A stretch of 64,000 nt of DNA. It comes from Syncephalis fuscata S228 (taxonomy: Eukaryota > Fungi > Zoopagomycota). A program made the position numbers and the translations under genes. The notes under the pieces are model-generated. The model was not told where the DNA came from. It did no database searches and saw nothing but the letters and a program-made list of their open reading frames with translations. Location of the stretch: assembly GCA_025786725.1 (NCBI GenBank), contig JAHLTZ010000001.1, forward strand, positions 186,001-250,000, in the 5' to 3' direction. This document shows positions 13,874-27,733 of the stretch, in pieces; position 1 is the stretch's first letter, and each line of letters opens with the position of its first letter.

Positions 13874-16306
13874 TTAAGCGTATTGAAGTCCAATGACAAA
13901 ATCAGCTCCCCAAGGTGGCACCGTCCAGCCAGGTACTCCTACACGCTTCCACAGAATACGCGGCAAGCCTAAATCGGCCAGAAAGACTTCGCCTGACATG
14001 CCGAGTCCAGTAAGGCCGGTCTTGGGTGCGCCCATACAAAGTGTCCAGCGAGGAGTAATAAATGTATCTTGGTCGCCTGGTAAGCCTTTAATCGTATACA
14101 ATTAGATCGGATTCCGTGTAACACGTATAGCTACAATTGTAGCTATTACTGCTTACCTGTTGTGCCATCTATACCGCTCGGCATATCAAGTGAAAGAACT
14201 GGTGCTTTATTATCGTTTGCCCAGCTAATAAGATCGCACACCGAGGAGCGTGCATGTTCATTAGGTAGTTCGCGTAGGTATATTGATAGCCCAATAAAGC
14301 GTCGATAATTAAATCAACCGGCTGTGTAAATCGTGACGGTAATTCTGTAGTCATTGATAATAAGTCGTAAATAGTATATAGCCAATGGTTGACTCACCTT
14401 TAACACTACGGGCAATTCTACCTCCAGATGCACGCAGATATGATTGTTGTTGGCGTGTATGCTAAATAGTCATAGGTAAAGTAATTAGTTTGCGTGTATC
14501 AGCTCATATGATTAAGTTACACACTTTACTCAATTGGCGCTCTTTACCAACAGTGCATGCCACTACTTCACAGCCATGATTTAGTAGGTGCCGACCTGCG
14601 GCTAATCCATAAGCGCCTGACTTATTGTTTCCTGCCAATATAATAACGAGTGGTGGATCGTTATGATTAGACGCAAGTACACGCCGTGAACCACCTAGCA
14701 GTTATTTCGTATTAGTATTATGTATAATAGCTTTATTATACTACTTGCCCATTACTTGTAAGCATAGACTGGCCGCACTTCGCCCACCATTCTCAATCAT
14801 TTGTTCTCGTTGGGGCCAGTTTCTGTTACTGTGCAATAGTTTGTGTTAACCGACTATGACTAGTATTCATGTTTACTTACCGGCCATTCGTTCTACCTCA
14901 AGCATTTGCACGCCGGTTACAGCCCAGCATGGAGCACCGTCGGTTGTTTTAAACGTATAGCTGTTATGGTCTCCATTATCGCGCCATGTATCAATGTCGG
15001 ATCCATTATCTGTTTCTTCTTCAAGAGAAACGCGAGAAAGTACATTCTCACTAGGTAACAGATTGCGTACTCGTTGATCACGTCTATTATGGCTGACCAA
15101 GCGATCCTCTGGTGCTGTACTGTCAGTTTCCTATATGCATACAAGGCATTGATGGTTAGTATAATAGTCGATCTCTATTCACTGAATGCTTACCCGGATT
15201 TCTTCAAACACTTTTTTCTTATCAAAAAGCACCAGATTTTGTTGAAAGTCAAAGTCTTCCTCAATAAAATCATTAACATCGCTTTGAGCCCATTCATTAG
15301 TATCAGACGTCATTCGACGATGTGACATACGCGGACGTCCTATACCATCAACAGTTATTATATTGTTTAAATAGACAATGTTTGTTAAGTAATTACCCTA
15401 TCATAGCGTATAAGTAAATGGCCATTGATAACAATCAGGAACTTACTGTCTTATTGTTACGCTTTTTGCGTGTAGGTCTTGCTCGAATATCAATAGGTAC
15501 ATCGGAATCTGTGGCCTCAGTAAATGGAGTAGTGGCTCTATCTAGGATTGATTCTGTATCGTTGTTATCATTCGACTCAACCATAATTGATTGAGCCTTT
15601 GTTTGGTGGCCTTGTTGGCGCAAATGTGCCGATGTCTATGTTACATTGAGTAACACATAGTTTGATACCAAAGATGCCTACTACCTTTTCTATTAATGCT
15701 GGTGTGCTATCCATTAATCCCGATCTATTTAGTATTAGCGTGATGAGTAAATAGCCACGTAATAATATGCAGTATGCATTACTTACCGGTCTAGTGTTGA
15801 TATAAATGATTGCACTGATACTGGTGTTGCTGATAACGGCTGATTCGCTGAAAAGGGAGCATTAGGCGGGATCGGGGGCCGATTCGTCTATTAACAAACA
15901 TAAGTTATTAGCCATATTAAGCATAGCAACGCCCATTACCGATATAATCGCCGGATCTGGAGGCAGATTCAACGGAGCAGACATGCTTGAGGCGGCAGAT
16001 GACGGTGCTTGGCGTCCATAGTTCGAAGTAGATGGCGTTTTTTCTATAATACGTAGATCTACAATATGCTCTCCGGCCACCTGATGAACGGGCCAATGCC
16101 GTTGAATCCCATGCGGACTCGTGGTAAATACTAGTGCATTTTTACATGAGCCTACTACCTAGCAGGAATTCTAAGCGTAACAAGCACTTACCGTGTTCTA
16201 ATTGTAGTCGCTGCGTAGTGGGATCAACCATGGATACAACGCCCTGAATTGTGAATCCATCATTTAGCTTGATCTCAACAGTAAGACCGATAAATGCTTC
16301 TGTCAT
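13874..16306 (-). CDS. EDC3: Enhancer of mRNA decapping 3 (LSm-FDF-YjeF_N)
   Basis: N-terminal LSm-like FIGLTVEIKLNDGFTIQGVV; FDF motif EEDFDFQQNLVLFDKKKVFEEIR; YjeF_N motifs MIENGGR, LAGNNKSGAYG, PVDLIIDALLG, LSLDMPSG and LADLGLP. Apparent 1-bp deletion near 14277. Confidence 0.93.
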
Positions 16307-16419
16307 CGTGTATTTTGTACCAATAGATGAGGATATAAAGTATAATAAAGAGAACAAGCAAAAGATGAGCCGACAAGAAATGACAGGGTGGATAAAACCC
16401 AATATTAATAAAAAAGCTA

Positions 16420-16800
16420 CTTTTCTTTATGCCCCTATCCTTAAACTAGGGACAAAAATATCCATAATTTGAATAATAATCCATTGATCAGTTTTTAATA
16501 GAAGTAATATTTGTTGGAGCAGTGCACATCAATTCCGATTAATTCGAGTTGTCAGTCTGCACTATTTTCAGTATCAAAATAGATATTAATAGTATTTTAT
16601 GTTACTTACAATAAAATATAATAAATAAATAAATGTTATCTATTTTATTGTACTGTAAAGTATTCAAAACATTATAATTTGATATTTAATATAACTTACC
16701 ATCCAGTTCCATGTTAGTAGAACAATAAATGTGTAGTTCAAACAAGTAAAGATGTCAATTTTGATCTTTTGACACTGAATCAATAAGTCTACTAATAAAT
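16420..16800 (-). repeat. Dispersed repeat, copy C (~380 bp), about 115 bp upstream of the EDC3 start
   Basis: Direct repeat of copy B. It begins AAGCTA|CTTTTCTTTATGCCCCTATCCTTAAACT on the + strand. Confidence 0.9.
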
Positions 16801-19800
16801 TATTTAATATTATTTATAGTTACAGCAATCTCTATCGTTTTTATTTACTCATTTCACTTCCTTTTTTGAATAATTATAATAAAATAGTTTGCTAAATCAG
16901 AGTTAAAACATAGTAATAATAATATTTTTTGGCTTATTTACTTAATCTTACTAATGTATTAATTATTATATAGTTTCTGACTTTGATTGATACATACAAA
17001 AATACAAGTTTATTTAATATTTTTTAGTCAATTAATTACATGTAAAAACCGCCACTTTAATGTATGAACGAGTACTTTGATATTTCTTATTTACTAATAG
17101 TTAATTTATTAAATTAATTAATCATAATTCATTTAAAAATATCTTATGACTCAAAGTGATTCTGAATCATGCAGATCAACAAAATCAAATCAAATATATT
17201 TGTACAAATTTGATATGATATGCTTGTTAATATTTACTAATTATTAATTAAATAAAACTATGTGTTTATTTGTAATAATAAACATATTTAATAGATACAG
17301 CCAGAGGCAACCTTACAGGTAATATAGCAATATTATTCAATAAATAATATGAATAAAATCACTGTTTTTAGCTTTAATCCAGCTAAAATGCTGTAATCTA
17401 TCTACATTAAAGCAATAATATTTATTGCTCAATAAGCATAGTTATTCTATGTATAGATTCAGTATCTAGTTATCACATGGTTTTATTTTGCTACACAATA
17501 GCCACTGGTAGTACCTTTAGTCGAGATGTTTTTGCACATCCGCTAGAGCAAAGCTGCTCAGCTCTTAATTGTGTATTCGTTGCACATGATGTATTTTCTC
17601 GGCTTTTGTTTATTGATTCAAACTTTACAGACTATAGACCAACGTGATTCTATCCAATCACCCTGTCATAAAATAGTAGTCGAATGGTTACACCGTACGA
17701 ACTATTTCCATCCATAGCATGGCAGCAATGGCAACAACAGTCGCATTAATAGCTACTGTCGTGATACCACATGTAGCTGGTTATCGGTATAGGTACGCCC
17801 CATTGACGCACCTATCCCCACACCATTGGCATTGCATGCTTATTAAAATGGCAGCAACAGTAGCAACAGTCATAGCTACAACAAAGATAGCGATAAGCGG
17901 CGCTATTGACCCACCACATGCAGAGCTGTGTATATTTACATACACATGCACACGAGAAGAATAAAAATGCAAGTAGTCGTGCAGTAAGGCCATTATTCAT
18001 GCAAGCAGCAAGATGGACAAAAAGCACATTGTTGCTATGGCTGTTTTTCTTATTTCGTGTCCACAGCACGCACACTCTCGCACACCTGCTATTCGTTGCC
18101 ATACCTGTTGCTGCGGCAGTCACGATTTCAAGTTTAAGCAAAAGATTGGCTCCACATTGTAACATAACGCCGTACACCAGGAATCCAGAAAGCAATTCAA
18201 ACGAATGATGCTGATGGCTAGAATACACCACATGATGACGTGGTCAAATGATTCGTTAAAAGTTATTACCAATAGATTTTATCGTTTTGCCTTCTTTCTT
18301 TCTGTCTGTCTGTCTGTTTTACCCCTTTATGGCGAGACTATGCATGCATGTCAGGATTGGCAAAGAAAAAAAAAGAGAATAATAGCTTTTCTCAACCTAT
18401 TGTCGTCAATAATTTCTATGCCTGTTGCTTACTTGTTTGATGTCCACAAAGCACGTTTATTCTGTTGCAAAAGTTTCCTATGATGTGCCATCTAGTCCAT
18501 TAAACAAATAGTGTGCCATATGCAGCACTGCTTTAAAAATGCACACGCGTACGCACATACACACATACACACAGCAATGCATAGCTTTGTCGATTCCAGG
18601 CCTCTATGTAAATGTGTAGTGCCATTACTGCAGCATCAAAGACAATAGCCATTATTGTATTAATGGGTGCATTTTTGTTCATTATCGGTTGGATCGTCCA
18701 TTCTGGGTGATACGAGACAAGCTGCAGTTTACTTCAAAAGTATTATACCGAGCCAATGTCTCGTCACTAGTTGGAATACGGCTCCATTAGACGTGGCACC
18801 AAACACGATGTCTGTCTTGTATCACGATGCTTGATTAAGACGGTGCAATACACAATAATACTATTGCTGCTGCTGCTGCTGCTGCTATCATTCGTATTGT
18901 TACAGCTACTCATCCATCAATGCACATAATGACAAAAAAATAAAAATAAAAATATAGCACTATACTCGAGGCCTCGGCCCTTATTCAGAAGCCATAGTTC
19001 GTTGTGATAGATTCATGTGTAGATCCATGCTCGGCATTTATGATCTGGCGTAGCTGACCTGTTTCCCTTCTATGACGCCATGTTTTAATACGAATAGACC
19101 AACCGGAAAGTTCGTTCACGTGGCTCCATTTGCTGATCTCGACCATTAGTCATGAGTAACAATTATTGTTATCAATGCTGATCTGTCTGCCCATCTGCCT
19201 GTCTGTCTACTTGTGTCTGTGTGTCTGTGAACACATGTAAGTGGCATGTCGTACGATAGTAGACTGCAGCTTCCAACTAACTACTTGTCATGCAAAACGA
19301 AAAGAAAAACGGGTTCATGAACGACAACAGGTCTGTACGGTAGGGTACGGCCATTAGTACCAACATGTGGTGCCTAAGAGGAATGTGCATTGCTAAGATT
19401 GATACCATTGTTATGGCAGGCTGAATGGCCGCTTAATACGGTAGGGGATAAGCACCTCTGTGGAAACTATGGGTATCGTGGCACGAAGGGTCCTCGATTA
19501 TACTGTTGTTGCTATCACAATGACCACCTTCTTTTTCTTACAGACATGGAACATAGAATGTGACGTGTTCTTTTTCCATGACAATCTTGCGATGTTTATT
19601 TTTAATTTTATTACTGTTACATAGACAATGATTACCATTTCTACTACCGCTAAGGAACATATTCAATATTACCCACTAGCACCATTATCCTTGCTCAACG
19701 AGCAAAGGAGGTGAGTGTACCTTACCGACACGCTGCCTCCAACGCACACATAGCTGCACACATTTCTTCCATAGACAACCGATCATCCTTAGTGCAAACA

Positions 19801-22712
19801 AGGCCCAATCTGTTTTTACAAGGCACATGAATGAAATACTATTGATGAAACTTTGTATTGGTCCATGCCATTCTGGGCGGACAGAACAATAGAATGCAAC
19901 AAACGCAATGCTAGGAAGGCAATTGAAATGCCATCATTTACTGCAGCTGTATTCGTGGATACATTTGGAAACAAGTGTAGTAAGAATACTAAAGAGGCAG
20001 TATCATGATATACTCATCTAATTGTGATGATTGGTTATCGGAGTTGAATGATGTAGAATTTTGTTTTCCATTCTTTTGTTCTTATTATCCTTGTATATTG
20101 TCTGTGCAAAGGAAATGGTATGTTTATCAGCTCGACTTTCTTGTGACGTGCATCTGTACCACTTTACATTAAATTGTTTTTTATTGCATAGTTATAGTAA
20201 TTACAATTACAATTACAACTATTATTATTATTGTTGTTGTTTGAATATCGTGAAAATTATTGCCTTGAACAGTAATTTATTTGAAATAGTCTCGTGAAAC
20301 AATGCAATCTAGTTATTTTAACAATGGTCATGGATCCGCCTTGTTAAGCGTTGACTTTCCCAAACTGCGTTGTTTGGTATTTCTTTTGTTTTGCCGTCAT
20401 GTTGTCGTGTAGATGTGCCCGGATTGGGAACAAGCACGATCACTGAGGCCATTTTCGTCTAAGGCCGGTCAAACATCGGCAAAAATACCAAAAATGTACG
20501 CTTCATCACTGTCGTCTCTTGTATCTTATACGAAATAAAAAACAAGAATGAATAAATGAACCATTGTTGTTTTCACATGTTGTTTGCCTTGATCCGGCAC
20601 CTAACTAAGGAGGCCATTATCACGATTCTGTAGAGAATAGTGACGGTGTGACCCAATGGGTAGCTACCATAATGGCTGGTCGAGTATCGGGAATACAAAT
20701 GGATAAAACTTTATTGGCTGTCAGCAACAGTACCGACCATTCTATCGTGTTAATGCCAAACACAAACAATAAAACATCCATTTTTGATCATGTCGTCACT
20801 TGTCGCTTTATTCGGTGTTCCATGTGCTGTAGGCGTGGGCATGCGTAGAAGCGAAGAACAATATTCTTGTGAGCGTGGCTGTTTCTGTGTGGAAATGCCG
20901 TAGGATTGCCGATATGTTCACATCGCGCGTCAAAGCGTTGTTTAGAACACGACAAATAGTCGGCTCACATTGACTTTTTTCTTTCTATGCCGACATGCCA
21001 CCCTTTAGCACCGCTGCTAGAGGTCTATGGCTTTCCTGGCCGCATAAACATTTCTCCACATGGAATCTTGACCATTTTGTTTCATGATGACATTTTCAAT
21101 ACTTGTGGTGCATTTGCATGGCTTGTCTGGTTCACCAATCATGGAAATGGCTTGCCAAATGTCGTCAGTCGAGCAAGATCCAAGTGAACAACAATGGCTT
21201 TTCCGGACACATGCATTCCCCTTTGCCGCGTAAACTGGGCTGCTGATACACATGTCTCAAAGCTTACATACGCAGCGGTCAGTCTCGGCAGTCATGCTGC
21301 CAATGATGCGTACTTGCTTGTTCCAATAGTAAATGATAATTGATTGTAATACTGTTTTATTCAAATATTAAACGAAACAAAACATTTAATTAACTAAGTT
21401 ATTATTAATAACGTCAATAATAAACAATAGTAATACAGCCAACACAAATGCTATTAATAACACAAATGCCAACACCAATCTCATACACATAATAGTATTC
21501 ATAATACGCATTATTTATTATTCAACTTGTATAAAATTACCCATTGCTGTATTCTATTTGCATTCGCGTCTGCATTGTCACATTGCTCCACAGACATTTC
21601 CTACCTCGTGGTGCAAGTGTGTTACCCTGGCCTAACTTGCTCCGTTCTTAGTTTTTTCTTCGCCTTTGTGTGTAGAACTTCTTTCAAATGCCGACACACC
21701 TCACCACTGTGCATCCATGTGACAATCTTCATTGTTATTTTCATTTCGATTGGCCTTTCCTGTCGAATGCGGGTTTGAAATGTTGTTTTATTCAGTGCTG
21801 CTGCTGCTGCTATTATTAAAATCGTTGGCATTTTGTATTGTGTTGTGTCAAGGAGCTAAAGGATAAGCATGAATGAGGTGAGAAAAGGAGGGTGCCTTGC
21901 CGATGGCCGTTAGCGGTAACCAATGGTACTATCGCTAGCATGCTATTGCAAAATCAGGAGCCATAATAGTTGTAATATCGGTTGTTATTATTACAACCAT
22001 AGTTAATGACCCTTATTATTATTATTACTATGATTACTATGATTGCTACCGTATTAGTATTCCTAGTGTTTTAGTAAATGATGGGTATTTTTGCTATTAT
22101 ACCATCCTCCTGAAAAGGAGAACAGCACCTATTGCTTTATTCAATAAACATCAGTGTCCATTCTTTATCGGTTGCCACTTGCCCATGTTCATGGTAGGCG
22201 GAATTTAAAAAGGAGATTACATTGAATTCTGGTTTGTCACTTCTACAAGTCTTCATTAGCAACAATACAAATGCCGATGCCCATTCTCTCTCTCTCTATC
22301 TATGTATGTAGATATCTCCAATGCCTCATGATCCTTAATGGTATCGGATCATCGGACAAACCTACCTGCCCGCCCCTACACGCATAATACACATACGCAC
22401 ATGATATGATACAATGATAAAACTAACATCATGGTCGGCTGTTTTTTATGGTCACACGCTTACGACTACTTTCGCATTCTTGTTCTCATTCTTGATTACT
22501 CGTTTCTGTTTCTCTCTGTCAGTCTCTCTGTGTTTTTACACAACAGTCCATCACCGCGTCCCCATTGCATGCCATGCGTGCCTTTTTGGACACAGGGGCA
22601 GTTTCGGGTTGCATGGGGCGCATTCGCCATTCCAATCCTTACCAGTGTTGTGCATTTGTCCATTTTCATCCATGCCATCGCTCAGTCAGTCGGTCGGGCT
22701 CTTCCATTAGCA

Positions 22713-22713
22713 C

Positions 22714-22746
<33 letters not shown>
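22713..22746. repeat. (TCA)n microsatellite
   Basis: About 11 tandem CAT/TCA units. Confidence 0.9.
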
Positions 22747-24021
22747 TAGCAGCATCACGACCATCTCAGCAACTGGTTCTGTCTTACTTTGGTCTAGTCT
22801 TTTTCCGTCCATCAGCATTAACCACATCATTATCATTATTATCCGTGCTCTGCCTTATGCCTATTGAGTCCATACAAGCCTGTAATCCGACACACATACA
22901 CACGCTTTTACTATCACACTCCTACATTTGTCTGGACTGTTTCTAAACACACACACACACAAACAACACAGATACAGATAGACACATACACAAACATACA
23001 ATAAATCCCTTTTTATCATTTTAATACTAAATGGACAGTGCGATGATGACTGTCGCAGCCTTGGTGATATAAATACCTTAGAAATTATTTTCTTTAAACT
23101 TCCCCGCACTCGGCTCATTCAGCCAGTCTCTGTCATTCTCTCTTATTTACTCTTTCTTAGTAGCTCGCTCTCTCCCACTCTCTCACTCTCGCTACCTTAT
23201 TGTTACTGTCTTCTTACTACAGCTATTGTCAACTGTTTATTGCATTGCATTTTTCAGTGACATCGATGTATTGGTAACAATTGTTGGTTTGACCATACCT
23301 ACGTCTATCCTCGTTGTCCTTGATACTACTGACTGAATACACTTTTTGACTGATACACGCCACTTTACACATATACTATCTTCGATATATGTGCGGATAC
23401 ATATAGCTCGTTTACACTTTATCTATATATGCACCTGTCAATCTGTTTATTATAAAGCGTAGGTAAGTTAATGCGCCGGATAAATTGAATTATCCTCCGA
23501 TATCTATCTTGTTCAACATGAATATGTCGTTATCCAACACGCATATCGACGTTGAGCCATGTGCATTTATGCACAGACGCGAATGTACAGCTGCTTGCTT
23601 GCTTGGACGTTTGTTCGTTCACTCGCTCGCTCGCTCGCCGCTTACTTGTTCGTACACGTGTGTGCATTAATCGTGGTGTAACTGGGAAAGATGCATGAAT
23701 ACAGCTGCACTGCTGCCACTCTATGCAATACGTCAGTATTCACATAAAGCTGTCATATTGTATTTTATTTTGCAACGTTGTACTGTACTGTGCTGTACTA
23801 CCGCATTAACATTGTTTTACTCTGCATGAGTGTGGTGGGTATATACGTATTGCATCCTGATAAAAGCAGGCAAGCATGGCGAATATTGGAGACCAATTCT
23901 ATTTGTTACCTTTGTTATTGACCAACCATTTATTTTATATTGTTTTTGTTGTTTATACTTTTAGCCAGTATTCTATTGACTTGCGCCTACCTATGTACCA
24001 TTGTGCAGCACACTTTCGATA

Positions 24022-26806
24022 ATGCACATGGTAATGCCAAATTATTATACGTCCATGCCTGTAGCTGCTCAACAACCACCACAACATGCTATCACGTCTC
24101 GTTCGCATAACAACAACATATCCTACTCGGCTAGTACGGCTGCAGCCATGATTGCTGATGCCGCAAGTAACGCTAGCTTCTTTCACCATGTTATGGCACG
24201 TGCACCTGTAAGTCAGTGGCAGAAACAACAGCGCGGGCGTGGACGCGCTCATACAACGGCCAACGATACACTGGCTGAATTAACATCAAAACTGACAATG
24301 GCAAATACAACAACAGCTGCCAATCCAGTACCTTCTAATTTGTCATCTACTACTACTACTAACACCAATCCAGAATCAACACGAATGATTTGGCCATTTG
24401 AACAGTCAGTAGAAGATCAGGCTGATTTTGCTTCTCGTGTTATTTACGCACTTTGGTGCGGCAATGAACGTCCTGCATCTTTACCCAATCTTAGCAATAC
24501 TGGATTGCCTATTACATCATCATTTGATATGGCTACATCCACAACCAACGACAACGTCATTACCTTGGCCACTGGTCGATCTCATCCTTTGCTGACTATC
24601 TATGCGGCCAGCCTGCACCAAGTGATTATCGTCAGTTCTGCCATGAAATTCTACGGGTAACTCAGTTGCATCCATCAGTCATTTTACTTGCATTGTATTA
24701 TGTCTATCGGCTTGTATTTCTTAATCCAGAAATTCGTGGTGCAGCCGGTTCAGAAATGCGTGTATGGACTGTTGCATTGGCTTTGGCCAACAAATATCTT
24801 GACGACCATACATATCGTGCATCAACATGGCGTCAATTGACAGGTCTATCAACAAAAGAATTGACTCAAATGGAGTTTGAAATGCTACAAGCGCTGTGTT
24901 GGTCGCTGCACATCACGCCTGAGTCGTTCAAGAGCTGGTCACATTGGCTAGTTCAATTGCGCAAACGTTACAATGACGATCAACAGCTGCTAAAAGAGCA
25001 AACATTAGCGATTGAGGAAGCAATGCTGCTATCACCTATTACAACCACGCCAAATCACGGTCATCTGATGAGCATGGATAGTACATTTAATCCTGCTTTG
25101 GCAGCAACGGCAGCTACCGGTACTAACACCGAACAATCACGATCTAAACGACACTGGCGACACATGAGCAGCGAAGATATCTACACAGCTATGAGTGAGC
25201 ATAATGCATCCATTGCATCGTCTTACTATATGCCATCAGCTGCAACTGAATTTGTGCCTAAATTTGAAGCTGAAGAGCCATGGGCCAATACTGCAGTACA
25301 ACGACGACGTACAAGTCGCTATGGCTGTATGCCAACTGCTTGGTCTTCTGAACGACATTCAAGTACATCAGCTCATGCCACAGCAAGCCGAGAACGCCGC
25401 AATACAATGTATCATTTGCCTATGGATGTTACAATGGCTGGCAGTGTCCATGGCAAGCCACGTACAGTCAATACACTACATCATCAGCATTCAATGATGA
25501 CAGATCCATCAGACGAATTAATTTACTCGATGGCAACTGATGCTGGCATTACAATGTCTATGATGCGTCAAGCTCATAACGTTTCAGCATCCGAATCGGT
25601 CGATACGGCAATGCCACAGTTCTTTCACGCCATATCCAACTCATCTTCGTTGATGACTACGCCATCCAATATGCAAATTGCAACAGCTGCTGTTCCCACA
25701 GCAATCATTGCACCTGCATCAGGTACTGCCGATCATTGTGTTAGCATGGCCGGTCCATTGACGCCGGCTGAAGGCCAGCTTATTGACCCACGACTGGCCA
25801 ATATTCGTGCGATGGCAGCTGTTGCCAATGCACGTTCAAGCCATGCAACGCAAAAATCTGTACCTTTAGATTCAAATGGCAATGGTACAAGTACACACAC
25901 AACAGCAGCTTTACCTCTTCAGCCGTCATTTCCACTAAATGACTTGTATGCCACGCAACATGCAGCACAATCACTTGTGTTTTCACAACAACAGCAACAA
26001 TACACATTGTCATCACAGTCATTGATGACAGCAGGCAACATGTCCTCAGCAATATTGTCGTCCAGTCGGGCCGACTCCTATCAGCATAATAGTATGACCC
26101 GTGACTGTTCTATGCCAACGCCTTTGGTAGATCAAACGATGACGACCTCAACGTATTCGGTGCCATCGTCCTCACTTTCATCAATGGGATATCAGCGATT
26201 GTATCATAACAACAATTATTCGACCTCTTCTATAGAATCAATGATAACGACCCTTCCAATGGAAGGCGACGATGAAACATCGCTAGAGTTTGCAAATTAT
26301 TCCCATCAATATGGCCAGCAGGCATATCATCAACAACAACAACAGCAGCAGCAGCAGACTTGTTATAGTGCCACTCATTCTACTCGGTCTTACCACCACA
26401 CAACAGCAACAGCCCCACTTCTGCTGCTACTACTGCTACTGCTGTTACGATGAATACAGCAACAACAGCACAGCCTACTGCCATTACTGCCAAGACCACG
26501 CCTCTATCCGTTCATGATAGAACCGTGGCACCCTATGTGTACCACCACCCACCTCGAAATCAAGCACTACAGCATTCTGTGTCTTTATCATCGGTACTAC
26601 CGCATCAGTTGCATTCGCATTCCACAGTCACTTCACTAGCTGCACCTACTACTGCTACTAGCAATGGTGAACTATTATACTATAGCGACAATTATGGTCG
26701 TGGTCAACACCACCACCAACAACAACAACAACATAACAGCCATACAATGGCTGCTTACTCCTTGCATTCACGCTCCATGTCTTTCTCCTCGTCTTCTGCT
26801 ATGTAG
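24022..26806 (+). CDS. Pho85-family (Clg1/Pcl-like) cyclin with long low-complexity C-terminus
   Basis: ADFASRVIYALW, then after a frameshift between ~24530 and 24660, YRQFCHEILRVTQLHPSVILLALYYVYRL...GSEMRVWTVALALANKYLDDHTY..TW..LTGL..KELTQMEFEML..L.WSLHI (cyclin box). A second frameshift near 26400 links to ORF 26450-26806. Likely 5'UTR intron at 23463-23964. Confidence 0.85.
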
Positions 26807-27733
26807 GCAGAAAAGGAGAATAGGCATGACATCATATTTCTTCTGCTGTGCGACATATCATTTTGTTTTCTCTTGTGCGTTTTTTCTGTATTACTTTGGT
26901 AATAATGCATTCTTTTTGGACTCATGTATACATTCTACAACGATTCATCGTTGACAAGAGTGATAGTCATGCTGGGCTAGACCGGTGCTTATTACAACTA
27001 TTGCTATGTTCTTTTTGCTCCTATACTATTCTTTTGTCATATTATATCAATATTTGTATCAAAAGGCGTCTTTTAAAAATCTAAATTATAGAATCTGCTT
27101 TATTTTTATAAAAGTACATTGCAACTACATTGCATTGCTATATCACACAATATTATGTGTAAATGCGTGTTTTAAAATCTATTAATAGTATAGTAACATT
27201 ATTAGTATGCATAATTAGTGTAATCTTAGTTTTATTGTGCACTTAATAGAAACAATATGTAATAATAATACTAATACTAATCATATTTTTATAAAGCATT
27301 TTGTAATGCTCCTTTCTGGATGCTACAATAGTTACATAATGCATTAAATCATGATTAAAGTGATATTAGTTTATACTAACAAAGCTGTAACGCAGAATGA
27401 AAAAACAGAATATAAACACTTAATTACATTTTAAATACTAATAGCAAAGTATTGTTATTAATAAAAGTGCACAATTTATATTAAAGCCAATCTTTGGCAA
27501 TGATCATATCAAAGCGTAACATCTTTAATAAAATGAAAATAATGGGTATATAAAACTGATCGCAGTGTGAATAAATGAGTGAAGAAATAAAGCCACGCCA
27601 AGTCATATGCATTATGCTAGAGATACCGTAATTAGGAATTACATGCAAATGATACGAGTCTGAAGGCATAGCATTCATTTTCAGATTGGAATACGCAGAT
27701 AGACAATAACGCTAACTATGCTATAACTTAAAG

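Noticed and set aside
18690-23140. Apparent enrichment of CATTCY (TEA/ATTS-like) and ACAAT (HMG-like) sites upstream of the cyclin
   Set aside because: The count by eye is only modestly above chance for this base composition and cannot be supported without statistics.
17719-23670. Numerous 60-170 aa ORFs in the long spacer
   Set aside because: They have no recognisable motifs, are driven by microsatellites, overlap on both strands and show no consistent exon structure.
27232-27476. 11-bp inverted repeat ATTGTGCACTT / AAGTGCACAAT as MITE ends
   Set aside because: It is short, built around a palindromic core in AT-rich DNA, and has no target duplication or second copy.
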